Source: a virus | IMG/VR virus record: IMGVR_UViG_3300022924_000016 | Coordinates: 77,324 to 141,323 of that record | Reading direction: 5' to 3' (one strand) | Length of the DNA stretch: 64,000 bases | Shown: positions 29,135 to 38,779 of the stretch, piece by piece | How the letters are laid out: each line of letters starts with the position of its first letter | How positions within the stretch are numbered: the first letter of the stretch is position 1 | Translations under genes and position numbers: made by a program | The notes under the pieces: generated by a model | Database searches by the model: none | The model's input: the letters and a program-made list of their open reading frames with translations, nothing else | What the model was told of the DNA's origin: nothing

Positions 29135-29522
29135 CTTCAACAACAATATCGCCGAAAAACAAGTAAGAGATAAAATCACGTCAACTTGTAAAAAGATTAA
29201 GGTAAAGGTAGGTAAAATCTCATGGACGTACAAATGCCATTTGAATTCTGTTGATAGCGCCATAAAAAAGAAAGATAAAGAGATTGCTATGGTTATGGCT
29301 TATAAAAACGGCTATGGGTTCATTCATTTCATAAATCTAAGAAAAGGTAAATACACAGACAATACTTGGGGAGTTTGGTCAGCAGAGTATGATTACTATT
29401 TAATCAAGAAAATACCAAGAGAAGACTTTTATAAGGTTGGAGATATTTTTGACAGCTACCGTGCGGAGTTAAGAAACAGTCTACGATGGTATTTGAGGAT
29501 TACTTCTACAGAAACTTGGTAA
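29127..29522 (+). CDS. Hypothetical protein
   Basis: ORF; ATG at 29127. Confidence 0.55.
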   Translation: MFSFNNNIAEKQVRDKITSTCKKIKVKVGKISWTYKCHLNSVDSAIKKKDKEIAMVMAYKNGYGFIHFINLRKGKYTDNTWGVWSAEYDYYLIKKIPREDFYKVGDIFDSYRAELRNSLRWYLRITSTETW

Positions 29523-29560
29523 TAAAACGTTAAAAACAAAAAACTAATTAAATTTTTAAG

Positions 29561-29568
29561 TATCTTTG
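29561..29568 (+). promoter_or_regulatory. -7 promoter element (near-leaderless transcript)
   Basis: TATCTTTG 4 nt before the ATG. Confidence 0.5.
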
Positions 29569-29572
29569 AATT

Positions 29573-30019
29573 ATGGAAAATAAAACTTTAGAATTCGTAA
29601 GGGAGTTCAACACAGCATTAGGAGAAACAGATGAATATCTTTGCTTAAATTATAATCAAGATGGATTTTCAGAATCAATTACATTTCCAAAGCAGATTTT
29701 ATGGGATGATAATAATGACAATGAAGATTTTCAGAAACAGCATACACTGTCAAGGCTGTATAGAATCTTGATTCATACAGAAGAAGTGGTTCAGCAATTT
29801 ATAGTAGATGAAGTAGATAAGTTTTTTGCGGAAAAAGTAAGACAGAGTGAAGAAAAGTTTTCAAATATAAAATTAAATTTAGACAGACAAACAAAATGCT
29901 TATATAAATTATCTGTAGAAGGTAATTATAATGAGGATAGAATGGAAGAATTTGTAGATATTTTTAAAGAAGATTTTCAATACCTTTTTGAAGGTTTTAA
30001 ATTAGAATATGAGTACTAA
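29573..30019 (+). CDS. Hypothetical protein
   Basis: ORF. Confidence 0.6.
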   Translation: MENKTLEFVREFNTALGETDEYLCLNYNQDGFSESITFPKQILWDDNNDNEDFQKQHTLSRLYRILIHTEEVVQQFIVDEVDKFFAEKVRQSEEKFSNIKLNLDRQTKCLYKLSVEGNYNEDRMEEFVDIFKEDFQYLFEGFKLEYEY

Positions 30020-30263
30020 AACTGTATCACAATTCATTCAATAAATAAAAAATGAGACAAATAGGTAAACAAAAACTTTCATACTTACAAATTATAGATA
30101 GATGCAATTTTAATTTTATGCCTTGCGTAATTTATACATCGAATGAAGAAAAATCAAAGAATAATTTCTTAAGTTTTCTAGATTATTTAAAAAAGGATTA
30201 TAAGGTAGTAGACAATATAGTTGAGTTAAATTTAAGGGAAGTAGAATTTAAAAACGTAAAAGG

Positions 30264-30770
30264 ATGATAACAGAAGGACAATTTATAATAGGGGTAACAT
30301 TAATTTATTGGATAACATTTATAATTTTATGGAGAAAAGCTTGCGATGAAGCTATAGATTGGGTTTTTAATATTTTTCTTAATTTACTTTTATCAGTTTT
30401 TCTAATGTTTGGTACTTTATCTTTGGACGTAAAAGAACAGAGGATAAATTACGAGTATTATTGTAAGATACAATCTCTCAAAAATTCCAATGATATACAA
30501 GGCAGTTTTGTTTTGGGGACAGGTTCAGTGGAGCAAGTCGAATACTACTATTATTATTTTAAAGATATCAATGGTTATTTCAGGCGCGGCAAAAAACAAG
30601 TAGAAAACACAGTTATTGAAGAAAGAGGAGGAACGCCACACATAGAAAGAAAATACATAAAAAGGGTATCAATAACAGGTATTGTAAAATCTTATAAAGA
30701 CCAACCTTCAGAAGAATATAAAATAGTAGTGCCTAAAGGAACAGTTATTAACAAATTTGAAGTATATTAG
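30264..30770 (+). CDS. Membrane protein
   Basis: Two N-terminal hydrophobic helices; GSFVLGTGSV..YYYY segment. Confidence 0.6.
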   Translation: MITEGQFIIGVTLIYWITFIILWRKACDEAIDWVFNIFLNLLLSVFLMFGTLSLDVKEQRINYEYYCKIQSLKNSNDIQGSFVLGTGSVEQVEYYYYYFKDINGYFRRGKKQVENTVIEERGGTPHIERKYIKRVSITGIVKSYKDQPSEEYKIVVPKGTVINKFEVY

Positions 30771-30772
30771 AT

Positions 30773-31711
30773 ATGAAAGTAAAAGGCTACACAATAGAAG
30801 ATAAAGGAGTAAATGTATTGATTTTTCCAAGCACAACTTTAGTAAAGAGTAAAGTAAACGGCAAGACATTTGAAGCAAGTGGAGAAGTTACAGTAGACAA
30901 TTTCAATGATTTAGTGAGGCTTAATACTAAGACAAGAGTTAAGTCAATCCAGCACAAAGAAACCAAAGAAGAAATAAGTGAAGTTGAATACTTAGATCGC
31001 GAGAAAAAACTTCTAGAAAAAAGAAAATATGATAAAGACGAATACACGCATTATTGGGAAAACCTAGACGATGAATTCAACTACAGAAAATTCATAGCTT
31101 CCTATGATAACGTTTTAGAAACAGTTTATGAAGAAGAGGAAGTCATTGTGGAAGAACAAAAGAAAGTACTCTTAGACACAAACCATCCTTTCATAAAATC
31201 TAAATTTCAAAATTCAGGAGAGATTTCAGATGTGTGCGTGTACAATAAATTTTCTGCTTATAAAGAAATTCTAAAAGAAAAGATGGATGAAATCGGAGCA
31301 GTAGAACTTCCAGGAGGAGGTTTTAGTGACCCGACAGAGGGAAAATTGTCTTGGGCAAATTCCACACATTCTTGTATCAGATATGCTAAATTTGCGGGAG
31401 GCTATTTATTCGATGATTCTTATGATGTAAAGAGTGTCAGAGTCGGAACATTTGAAGCTTTGAAAGAGGAGTATGAAAATGATAAATTGCGCATAAGAAA
31501 AATTATACAAGACAAATATCTTTTAAAATTTGGAAAATTCAATGAAGAAAAGACACCTTTAGTTTTAGAAGCCTTAAATAAAATTGAAGTGGCTTACAGA
31601 ACCTTGCAAAATCTAAAACCTATGAAGTCAAGTTATAATGACAAATCCTCGGCGATGAAAAGCATAAGGGAAGCAAAAGAATTATTAAACAGTAGTTTTA
31701 AAGTAGAGTAA
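30773..31711 (+). CDS. Hypothetical protein
   Basis: 312-aa ORF. Confidence 0.7.
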   Translation: MKVKGYTIEDKGVNVLIFPSTTLVKSKVNGKTFEASGEVTVDNFNDLVRLNTKTRVKSIQHKETKEEISEVEYLDREKKLLEKRKYDKDEYTHYWENLDDEFNYRKFIASYDNVLETVYEEEEVIVEEQKKVLLDTNHPFIKSKFQNSGEISDVCVYNKFSAYKEILKEKMDEIGAVELPGGGFSDPTEGKLSWANSTHSCIRYAKFAGGYLFDDSYDVKSVRVGTFEALKEEYENDKLRIRKIIQDKYLLKFGKFNEEKTPLVLEALNKIEVAYRTLQNLKPMKSSYNDKSSAMKSIREAKELLNSSFKVE

Positions 31712-31877
31712 ATATGGAATTAGAATTTTACAAGTGGTTAGATGAAGCTCTTGAAGAATTTTGTAGAGAAAGATACATAAGACCAGGGGAGGTATTACCT
31801 ACCATAAACATAACCAAGGCAAAACTTTCTTTTATTAAAGGTATTTCGGCGAAAGAATATTTAAAAACAGTTTAGTT

Positions 31878-32423
31878 ATGAACACAGAAAAAAGAACAAC
31901 AGTAGACTTTAGCAAACACATCATCCTAGAAAGTCACTACCAAGACGGGGAATATAATTTAGATGTGTGGGATTTCAAACTACCTGATAGTAATTATAGA
32001 CATAGAATAACATTCATAAACAGTTGTGGTATTTTAGCCGTAAAAGGAGATTTTGGAAATTGGATATTTTGCAGAGAATTTCATCCTTCTAAAAATGGAT
32101 TTGTTTCGGGTGGATATTGGGATGAGAAACTAGCAATAAGTTCTCAGCAAGAGTCTTCTAAATATTCAGCAGAAGCTACAAGAAAAGCTATTGAAGAGTT
32201 TGAAAAGAAGCATGAGGATTCACAAGAAGATATAAAAGATTGGATTGGATCCTTAAAAGACTCAGTTGAGGATGAAGAAGAATATATATTCAAAGCTTAT
32301 AGAGAAACTCCAAGAGATATTGATTATGAAGATGTACCTTTTGAAAAAGAGAGACATTACTATCTGAATGTAATTTATGATGCTTTTGATGAAATGTGTA
32401 GAAAAATCGCGGAAAAAGACTAA
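31878..32423 (+). CDS. Hypothetical phage protein
   Basis: ILAVKGDFGNWIF...YWDEKL motif. Confidence 0.65.
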   Translation: MNTEKRTTVDFSKHIILESHYQDGEYNLDVWDFKLPDSNYRHRITFINSCGILAVKGDFGNWIFCREFHPSKNGFVSGGYWDEKLAISSQQESSKYSAEATRKAIEEFEKKHEDSQEDIKDWIGSLKDSVEDEEEYIFKAYRETPRDIDYEDVPFEKERHYYLNVIYDAFDEMCRKIAEKD

Positions 32424-32435
32424 AAACAGCAAAAA

Positions 32436-32609
32436 ATGACCTACATTTACAAACAAAAACAATACGAAATCCTAGACAAAGAACTAGAGCTTAAAAACCC
32501 AGAAACAAGAGAATGGCATAAAGCAGTTTTATATAGGCAAATAGAAACAGGACTTTGGTTTTGTAGGGATAAGAATGAATTTTTTAAATTATTTAGGGAG
32601 GTAGAGTAG
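32436..32609 (+). CDS. DUF1653-like small protein, not in the ORF track
   Basis: MTYIYKQKQYEIL...PETREW..AVLY......WFCRDKNEF. Confidence 0.55.
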   Translation: MTYIYKQKQYEILDKELELKNPETREWHKAVLYRQIETGLWFCRDKNEFFKLFREVE

Positions 32610-32610
32610 T

Positions 32611-34614
32611 ATGAATTTAGATAGTGCAATAGTCTGTGACATAGAATCGGTGGGATTTCTTGATAGTTTAAAGAGCTTTGAAGATTTACACGTATTCTCT
32701 TGCTGTTTTAAATCTGAGGGCACTTGGAAAATAAAGAGCACAAAATCTAAAGAAGACATACAAAAAGTTGTAGGTAATAAGAATAATACACTGATATTTC
32801 ATAACGGAATTTCATATGATAAGCCAGCACTTGAAATTATGGGTTTAGATTTTAAGGCTGAAATAATTGACACATTACCACTAAGCTACTATTTATATAG
32901 TGAAAGAGATAAGCACGGATTAGCCCAATGGGGAGAATTTTTCGGCGTGAAAAAGCCCGAAATAGAGTCGTGGACTGGTCTATCGTATGACGAATATCGA
33001 GTAAGATGTGAAGAGGATTGTAAGATAAATACAAACCTATGGATTATGATTTTAGATTATATGAGAGTGCTGTACGACAATGATGACGAGCTCATAATCA
33101 AAACAATAAGGTATTTGAATCATAAGGCTAATATGCTTTATATTCAAGACCAAAATCCCATATTAATAGATGTAGAGCAGTGCAAGAAGAATTTACAATA
33201 CTTAGAAGGGATAATTTCGGAGAAAGAATTGGAATTAAATGCCATAATGCCTAAAATCCCTATAACTTCTCGAAGAAGTAAGCCCAAGGTAATGTACAAA
33301 AAGACAGGCGACTTATCAGAGGCGGGGATAAAGTGGCAAGAACTGCTTAAAAACTGCAACTTAGAAGAAGATTATGAAGGACAGATAGATGTGGTTACAG
33401 GTTATACGGAGCCTAATTGCCAAAGTTCTGCACAAATGAAAAAATTTCTTATGCAGGAAGGTTGGGTTCCCACAATATTTAAAGATGGGGCAAATGGTAA
33501 AGTTCCTCAGCTAAGGGACGATGAGAAAAATTTATGCCCTAACATACAGAAATTGATAGAAAAAGTTCCAAAACTTCAATCACTTGATGGACTATCTGTT
33601 GCACAACACCGCTCAGGCTATTTAAAGGCTTTCTTAGCTCATATAAATGATAAAGGGTACGCCAAGGCTTGGGCACACTCTTTTACCCGCACATTGCGTT
33701 TAAAACACAGTAATCCATTTGTAAATCTCCCAAAACCTAAGTCTAAATATGGAAACCTAGTTAGAGCCGTTATGATTGCCCCTAAAGGGTATGTTTGTAT
33801 AGGTGCAGATTTATCAAGTATAGAAGATAAGTGCAAGCAGATTTCCATATTTTCTCTAGACAGAGAGTATGTAGAGTCTATGAACAGTAAGGGTTGGGAT
33901 GCACACTTAGCTCTGGGGCTAAAAGCAGGAATGTTTACAGAAGAGGAGGTTCAATTTTATAAATGGTTTAACTCTAAGGATAAAAAAGAAAATGATTACA
34001 CTTGCCCTAAGAGTTTTTCTCACCTTTCAGAGGAAGAGCAAGAAGTACTTTTTGACGTATTAAGTAAGAAAAGGGCTACAAGTAAGACAGGAAATTACGG
34101 ATTGACTTATGGATGTGGTGTGGCTAAACTTATGGAATCCACGGGATTAAGTAAAAAGGAGTCTGAAAACCTACATAAAGGATACCACGCCATAAATTGG
34201 GCGGTTAAAAAATTCGCCCAGGATAGAGTGGTTAAAACTGTCAAGGGTAGGAACTGGTTAAGGCTTAATAAAAAGGCAGGGGGGTTGTCAGAAGTAAATG
34301 AAACAACTTGGATATGGAACGAGTACTCTAATATGTGGCTATTTTTAAAAAATGATAAGGATAGGTTTTCTAGCTGTAATCAGAATTTTGGAGTGAAGGT
34401 TTTTGATGTTTGGAGTTGGTATTTGATTCAAGGAGGTATCACTCCCTCATATCAAGCGCACGACGAACAGCTCTGGTACTGTAAAGAGGAAGAAGTAGGA
34501 AAACATATCAAAATTATAGAGGAAAGTATTACAAAGGTTAATGAAATATTTAATCCTCCTATTCCTTTGGAGTGCGATTATAAGATAGGAAAGACATACG
34601 CGGACGTCCATTAA
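32611..34614 (+). CDS. polA: Family A (T7-like) DNA polymerase with 3'-5' exonuclease
   Basis: ExoI DIES, ExoII HNGISYD, ExoIII YRVRCEED, motif A GADLSSIE, motif B KRATSKTGNYGLTYG, motif C AHDEQ. Confidence 0.92.
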   Translation: MNLDSAIVCDIESVGFLDSLKSFEDLHVFSCCFKSEGTWKIKSTKSKEDIQKVVGNKNNTLIFHNGISYDKPALEIMGLDFKAEIIDTLPLSYYLYSERDKHGLAQWGEFFGVKKPEIESWTGLSYDEYRVRCEEDCKINTNLWIMILDYMRVLYDNDDELIIKTIRYLNHKANMLYIQDQNPILIDVEQCKKNLQYLEGIISEKELELNAIMPKIPITSRRSKPKVMYKKTGDLSEAGIKWQELLKNCNLEEDYEGQIDVVTGYTEPNCQSSAQMKKFLMQEGWVPTIFKDGANGKVPQLRDDEKNLCPNIQKLIEKVPKLQSLDGLSVAQHRSGYLKAFLAHINDKGYAKAWAHSFTRTLRLKHSNPFVNLPKPKSKYGNLVRAVMIAPKGYVCIGADLSSIEDKCKQISIFSLDREYVESMNSKGWDAHLALGLKAGMFTEEEVQFYKWFNSKDKKENDYTCPKSFSHLSEEEQEVLFDVLSKKRATSKTGNYGLTYGCGVAKLMESTGLSKKESENLHKGYHAINWAVKKFAQDRVVKTVKGRNWLRLNKKAGGLSEVNETTWIWNEYSNMWLFLKNDKDRFSSCNQNFGVKVFDVWSWYLIQGGITPSYQAHDEQLWYCKEEEVGKHIKIIEESITKVNEIFNPPIPLECDYKIGKTYADVH

Positions 34615-34635
34615 AGTTAATCTTTACTTAATATA

Positions 34636-34667
34636 TTTGCTTTTCTGAAATACTTTTTGTAAGTTTG
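34636..34667 (+). promoter_or_regulatory. Bacteroidota sigma-70 promoter
   Basis: TTTG 34636-34639, 20-nt spacer, TAAGTTTG 34660-34667. Confidence 0.7.
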
Positions 34668-34678
34668 CAATGTTGAAA

Positions 34679-34801
34679 ATAGAGAGGGCAAGTCTTTATG
34701 AGTAGACAAATTAAAAATAATAAGAATAGCAATAAAATATTTCAAAAAGCTTTCATAGATTGTTTTCACTTGCCCTGAATACAGTCCTTGGGAGCTTTTT
34801 G
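34679..34801 (+). ncRNA. Putative kissing-loop cis-regulatory leader RNA (copy 1)
   Basis: Hairpin loop GGGCAAG (34686-34692) is complementary to hairpin loop CTTGCCC (34769-34775). Confidence 0.65.
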
Positions 34802-34814
34802 TATTTAAGATAGT

Positions 34815-35543
34815 ATGGAAAAATTAACAAACGAACAAAGGCAAGTACTCTTAAGCGGTATTTTGGGAGATGGGCACTTAAAGAATGGAAGAGCAATTTT
34901 TAGTTGTATACACAAGGAGTATATGGAATTAAAAAAGAAGTTATTGGGGGATTTATCTCTACTTGTAGAAAGAAAACAAAACAGCGGTTTTAAAAAAGAT
35001 GCTTTCATCTATAAATTAGGTACTTTGGCACACCCTGAGATAAAAGAGATGGAAAAATACTCTACAAAACGAATTCTTGAAGAGATTGACGAGTTAGGTA
35101 TTGCGCTATGGATTGCAGATGATGGCTCAAGGCACAAGAAGAATAACTTTTATAATATAAATACACACGCATTGCCAAGATATGAAGAGGAGCAACACTT
35201 ACTACCATTCTTTAACAGCATCGGCATATTTCCTAGAATTACCACAGAAACTAAAAAAGATGGTAGATGCTTTTCTTACCTATATATCCCTAAGTGGGAG
35301 GGAGCTATGGAACTTTCGAGAATTCTAAGAAAACTAGAGTTAAATTGCTATGATTATAAGCTTATGCCTATTGAAATGGAGGAGGCATATTTTAGAAACA
35401 AAGATTTAGAAGAGTTCAAAATGGCAAATAGTTATGGGAGAACTAAAATAATTAAGAATGGAATGGGGCTGACATATAAGGACATACTTCATAAGAATGT
35501 CACATCAACAGAAATGAGAATTACTAATAGCGCAAACATATAA
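34815..35543 (+). CDS. Free-standing LAGLIDADG homing endonuclease
   Basis: VLLSGILGDGHL and GIALWIADDGS motifs. Confidence 0.85.
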   Translation: MEKLTNEQRQVLLSGILGDGHLKNGRAIFSCIHKEYMELKKKLLGDLSLLVERKQNSGFKKDAFIYKLGTLAHPEIKEMEKYSTKRILEEIDELGIALWIADDGSRHKKNNFYNINTHALPRYEEEQHLLPFFNSIGIFPRITTETKKDGRCFSYLYIPKWEGAMELSRILRKLELNCYDYKLMPIEMEEAYFRNKDLEEFKMANSYGRTKIIKNGMGLTYKDILHKNVTSTEMRITNSANI

Positions 35544-35568
35544 AAATGAAAAATTTGAATGGTCTGAA

Positions 35569-35874
35569 TTGGATAAGTTGTGGGAAAATACATTTCCTAA
35601 TACTAAAATTATATTTTCAATGTTTGACTTCGATGAAAATGATTCAGAAAATGTTGTAATACCCACAGTAGATTTTACTTCCGAAATTCCAATTATAAAA
35701 GGAAAGTTTAGTGTAGGGTTTCACACTTGGAAAGGATTGATAACACAATCAGGCACAGATTTGACTTGGAAGAAGCTTATAAAAATTTTAGATAAACATA
35801 ATGATGGAAGCCACATATTCCTAGAGGTTGTAGATGTTATAGGTGATAAGGCTTTTGTATTCTTAGGGTCTTAA
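35569..35874 (+). CDS. Hypothetical protein (start uncertain)
   Basis: TTG start; frame is open upstream to 35518. Confidence 0.5.
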   Translation: MDKLWENTFPNTKIIFSMFDFDENDSENVVIPTVDFTSEIPIIKGKFSVGFHTWKGLITQSGTDLTWKKLIKILDKHNDGSHIFLEVVDVIGDKAFVFLGS

Positions 35875-35918
35875 GTTAAAAAATTCATAAAAAGAATTTA
35901 CTAAAGAAAACTATTAAG

Positions 35919-35986
35919 TATATTTGTAGAAGAAATGCTGAAAAATCTGTTTTTTAAATCTTTTTCGGCGAAAATTAAATAAAATG
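35919..35986 (+). repeat. Promoter/5'UTR cassette, copy A (copy B at 47936-48004)
   Basis: TATATTTGTAGAAGAAAT...TTTTTAAATCTTTTTCGGCGAAAATTAAATAAAATG. Confidence 0.7.
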
Positions 35987-36126
35987 GAGAAATTAATACT
36001 GAATAATCAACTAATACTAATGCAGATTCAGCTAGATAAAAGTCGAATTGGGGTTAGCTATATATCAGATGAAACCAAGAACAGATTAAAGGATCAAATT
36101 TTAATAAGTAAAAAAGCTTTAGAAAA

Positions 36127-36423
36127 ATGCTCGAAATAGGACAAACAATCGTATGTATAAACTCGTCTATGCAAACACACACAAAAGACGAAATTGAAAA
36201 AGACATGCCAAATTGGATCAAAAAGGATAAGAAATACACAATTAGAGCCTTGCACGATTTCGATTTTGTTTTAGGAATTCTTTTAGAAGAGGTTAGAAAC
36301 GATTTAAAGTATTTTAAGGTGGTAAACAAAACTATAGAGCCTGCTTTTGCTTCTTGGAGGTTCAGGGCATTAAAAGAGAGTGAAAAAGAAGTAGAAGTTG
36401 AACAATTAGAAACAGTAATATAA
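36127..36423 (+). CDS. Hypothetical protein (SH3-like)
   Basis: IGQTIVCIN...YTIR...FASWRFR. Confidence 0.55.
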   Translation: MLEIGQTIVCINSSMQTHTKDEIEKDMPNWIKKDKKYTIRALHDFDFVLGILLEEVRNDLKYFKVVNKTIEPAFASWRFRALKESEKEVEVEQLETVI

Positions 36424-36598
36424 TGAAAAAATATGAGTATGCTAAATTAGTTGAAGAGTATGAATCTATGGGCTCTGTAGAAATAGGGGATATTAATAAA
36501 CCTTACTTTTTCCCGAAATTATCAGAAGAAGAAAAGAAAATATATTCAAAACAGTTTAAGTTATTATGGGGTGATAAATATTTAAAAAAATAAATAAA

Positions 36599-36829
36599 AT
36601 GGAGAATCAAGTATTAAATTACAATTATAGAAAAGGAGTAAGGGAAGTAAAACCAGCTCATCCAATGGTTCAGAATTGGTTATTTTCAGAAGAAACAGAA
36701 GACCAAGCAGTTTTGGCTAATTCTTTAGCTATAGTGGCTGAGAAGAACGGGTTAACGGCTAATGATTTGATTCATCTTTTTCCCGCGATTTTAAGAATGC
36801 TTAAAGATAACTCAAACTGGTCGAAATAA
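36599..36829 (+). CDS. Hypothetical protein
   Basis: ORF. Confidence 0.55.
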   Translation: MENQVLNYNYRKGVREVKPAHPMVQNWLFSEETEDQAVLANSLAIVAEKNGLTANDLIHLFPAILRMLKDNSNWSK

Positions 36830-37092
36830 TGGCAAAGATACTAAAACTATATAATGGAGGACAGATTTATACAGGAGATTTTAAAAGGTGTTACTTTTAT
36901 GTCGCCGCGTATAGTTTCAAACACTGTATAGAACTTTTAAATGAAGCTACAGGAACCAATTCAATACCTTCTCAAATGAATCCTTATTGGAATAAAGATT
37001 GTTGGGGAAATGCTATGCAAGGAATTGAGCCTACTGAACCCTGTGTTTATTACACTAATATTTCGGAAAAAGGACCTAAAAGATTATTATGA
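36829..37092 (+). CDS. Hypothetical protein
   Basis: ORF, TAATG-coupled. Confidence 0.55.
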   Translation: MAKILKLYNGGQIYTGDFKRCYFYVAAYSFKHCIELLNEATGTNSIPSQMNPYWNKDCWGNAMQGIEPTEPCVYYTNISEKGPKRLL

Positions 37093-37274
37093 CACTAATT
37101 ATTTTAATACTTCTGTTCATAGCCTATAAATATTTTAAGCCTGACATTGAATGGATTGAAGAGAGTGAGATTTTGATTATGCACTATCGTAAAGGGTTAA
37201 GTAGGGATTATATGATTTTGTGGAGAAAGAACCGTTCGTTTTAATTCTTTTTTTCCGCGCTAAAAACTAAATAA

Positions 37275-37673
37275 ATGACAGATTGGCAACCCCACCCCGA
37301 CTATAAGAATATGTTCTTTAAGATCAAGGATTTCAATGACTTTACATACTCTGTACAAATCACTTTATTAGAGAACAAAAGGTCTCAAAAGTTCTATGTC
37401 ACAGCTTCTTCGGGTAAAAAGAGAAAAGATATGGAAGTATTTGAACAAAAAGCTGATAAATCCCTAGGCGGGATGAAAGCTTTACTGTGGATAAAAGAAA
37501 CAGCTTTAAGTTTTACAGAGTGGTTTAATTTTCTGTATAAGGTAAAAGAAAATCAATATCTTTGTATAGGTTGGGCAGATAGCCGTAGAAGAAATATTTA
37601 CGAGAGGCTTAAAAAAGACGGTTTTATCTTTATGATGGATGAGGGACAGAAAATATTAATGAAGAAATTATGA
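37275..37673 (+). CDS. Hypothetical protein
   Basis: ORF with WADSRRRNIYERL segment. Confidence 0.6.
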   Translation: MTDWQPHPDYKNMFFKIKDFNDFTYSVQITLLENKRSQKFYVTASSGKKRKDMEVFEQKADKSLGGMKALLWIKETALSFTEWFNFLYKVKENQYLCIGWADSRRRNIYERLKKDGFIFMMDEGQKILMKKL

Positions 37674-38102
37674 TAGGAGAGTGGTATAAGTGGGAAGAAG
37701 ACTTCAATAAAGTAAGAACAGCTTTGAAATTAGAAATAAAAAAGTTTAATAAAGAAAATCAGTTATGTTACTATGATTCGATTGATTTGACAGGTAAAGG
37801 ACTAGATGAAGAAACCGCCGAAGAAATTGAGGGGATAAGATTCGGAGTTTCTAAAGGAACGGAAATAACACCGATATAATTATGATAAAAGAAAATTTTG
37901 AAAAATTAACAGAAGAAGATTTAATATTTGACTCACTCAGTATCCCGCAATGCTGGGAAGAATTCGAGAGAACAGGAGACTTAAAACCTCTAGAGAACGC
38001 TTCAATAGCTCTAAATAAAGTCCTAAGAGAAAGCGTTGAAATTTTAAAAACAACAAATCCTGAGAATGTATATTTAATTAACCGCTTAAAACAGTTTATA
38101 TA

Positions 38103-38573
38103 ATGAAAAAATATTCAGATAATCAATACCGAGGAATTTTTAGAAATAATAATCTTACAGATTTAGCATTAATAAAGAACAAAAAGAAAAAAGGATTAGG
38201 TGCAAACTTAGTCTCTTTGGAAGCATTGACTTATATTCTAGAAGATTTCGGAATTAGTGTTTTTGGGGCAACAAAAGTAGAAAACACAGAATTAGAATTT
38301 TACTATGCTTGGGTGGATTTAGAAGTGCCTTTAGAGAATGAAGAACTACTTAGACAGCTTTATGGGTATGAAGATATAACAGTTGATGTCGGAATAACCC
38401 AAAATTTTGTTGAGAATTGTCAAATTTCTTTTGGATATAACACTAAGAATTTTACTTGCCAGCTTAGAAAAAATATTTTTGGAACAATTGAAGAAAGAAA
38501 ACTTTTCACTAGCTTTACAGAAATGATGGAAAAGATTAACTCTACTGAAGATGTAGAAAAATGGTTTGAATAA
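38103..38573 (+). CDS. Hypothetical protein
   Basis: ORF. Confidence 0.55.
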   Translation: MKKYSDNQYRGIFRNNNLTDLALIKNKKKKGLGANLVSLEALTYILEDFGISVFGATKVENTELEFYYAWVDLEVPLENEELLRQLYGYEDITVDVGITQNFVENCQISFGYNTKNFTCQLRKNIFGTIEERKLFTSFTEMMEKINSTEDVEKWFE

Positions 38574-38779
38574 TGCAAGAATATAAAAAATACAATACAT
38601 TCAAAGAGTGGAGCAATGAACACTTGATGCTGGCATTATATCAAGTAGAAGAAAGCTTTGATTATTTCTTAGAGCTAAGAATTTCAGAACTTGAATCTCT
38701 ACAAGAAAAGTGCGAGACAGAATGTGAGAAGCAAGCCAACATTAGAGTTATTAACGAGTTAAAAAGATTGGGGAAATAG

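Noticed and set aside
34679-34801. Known self-cleaving ribozyme or riboswitch as the identity of the leaders
   Set aside because: No conserved catalytic or ligand-binding nucleotides are shared among the three copies; only the architecture is shared
32611-35543. Group I intron or intein interrupting the DNA polymerase
   Set aside because: The polymerase has all motifs and a natural C-terminus (GKTYADVH); the LAGLIDADG gene is downstream with its own promoter and lacks Hint terminal motifs
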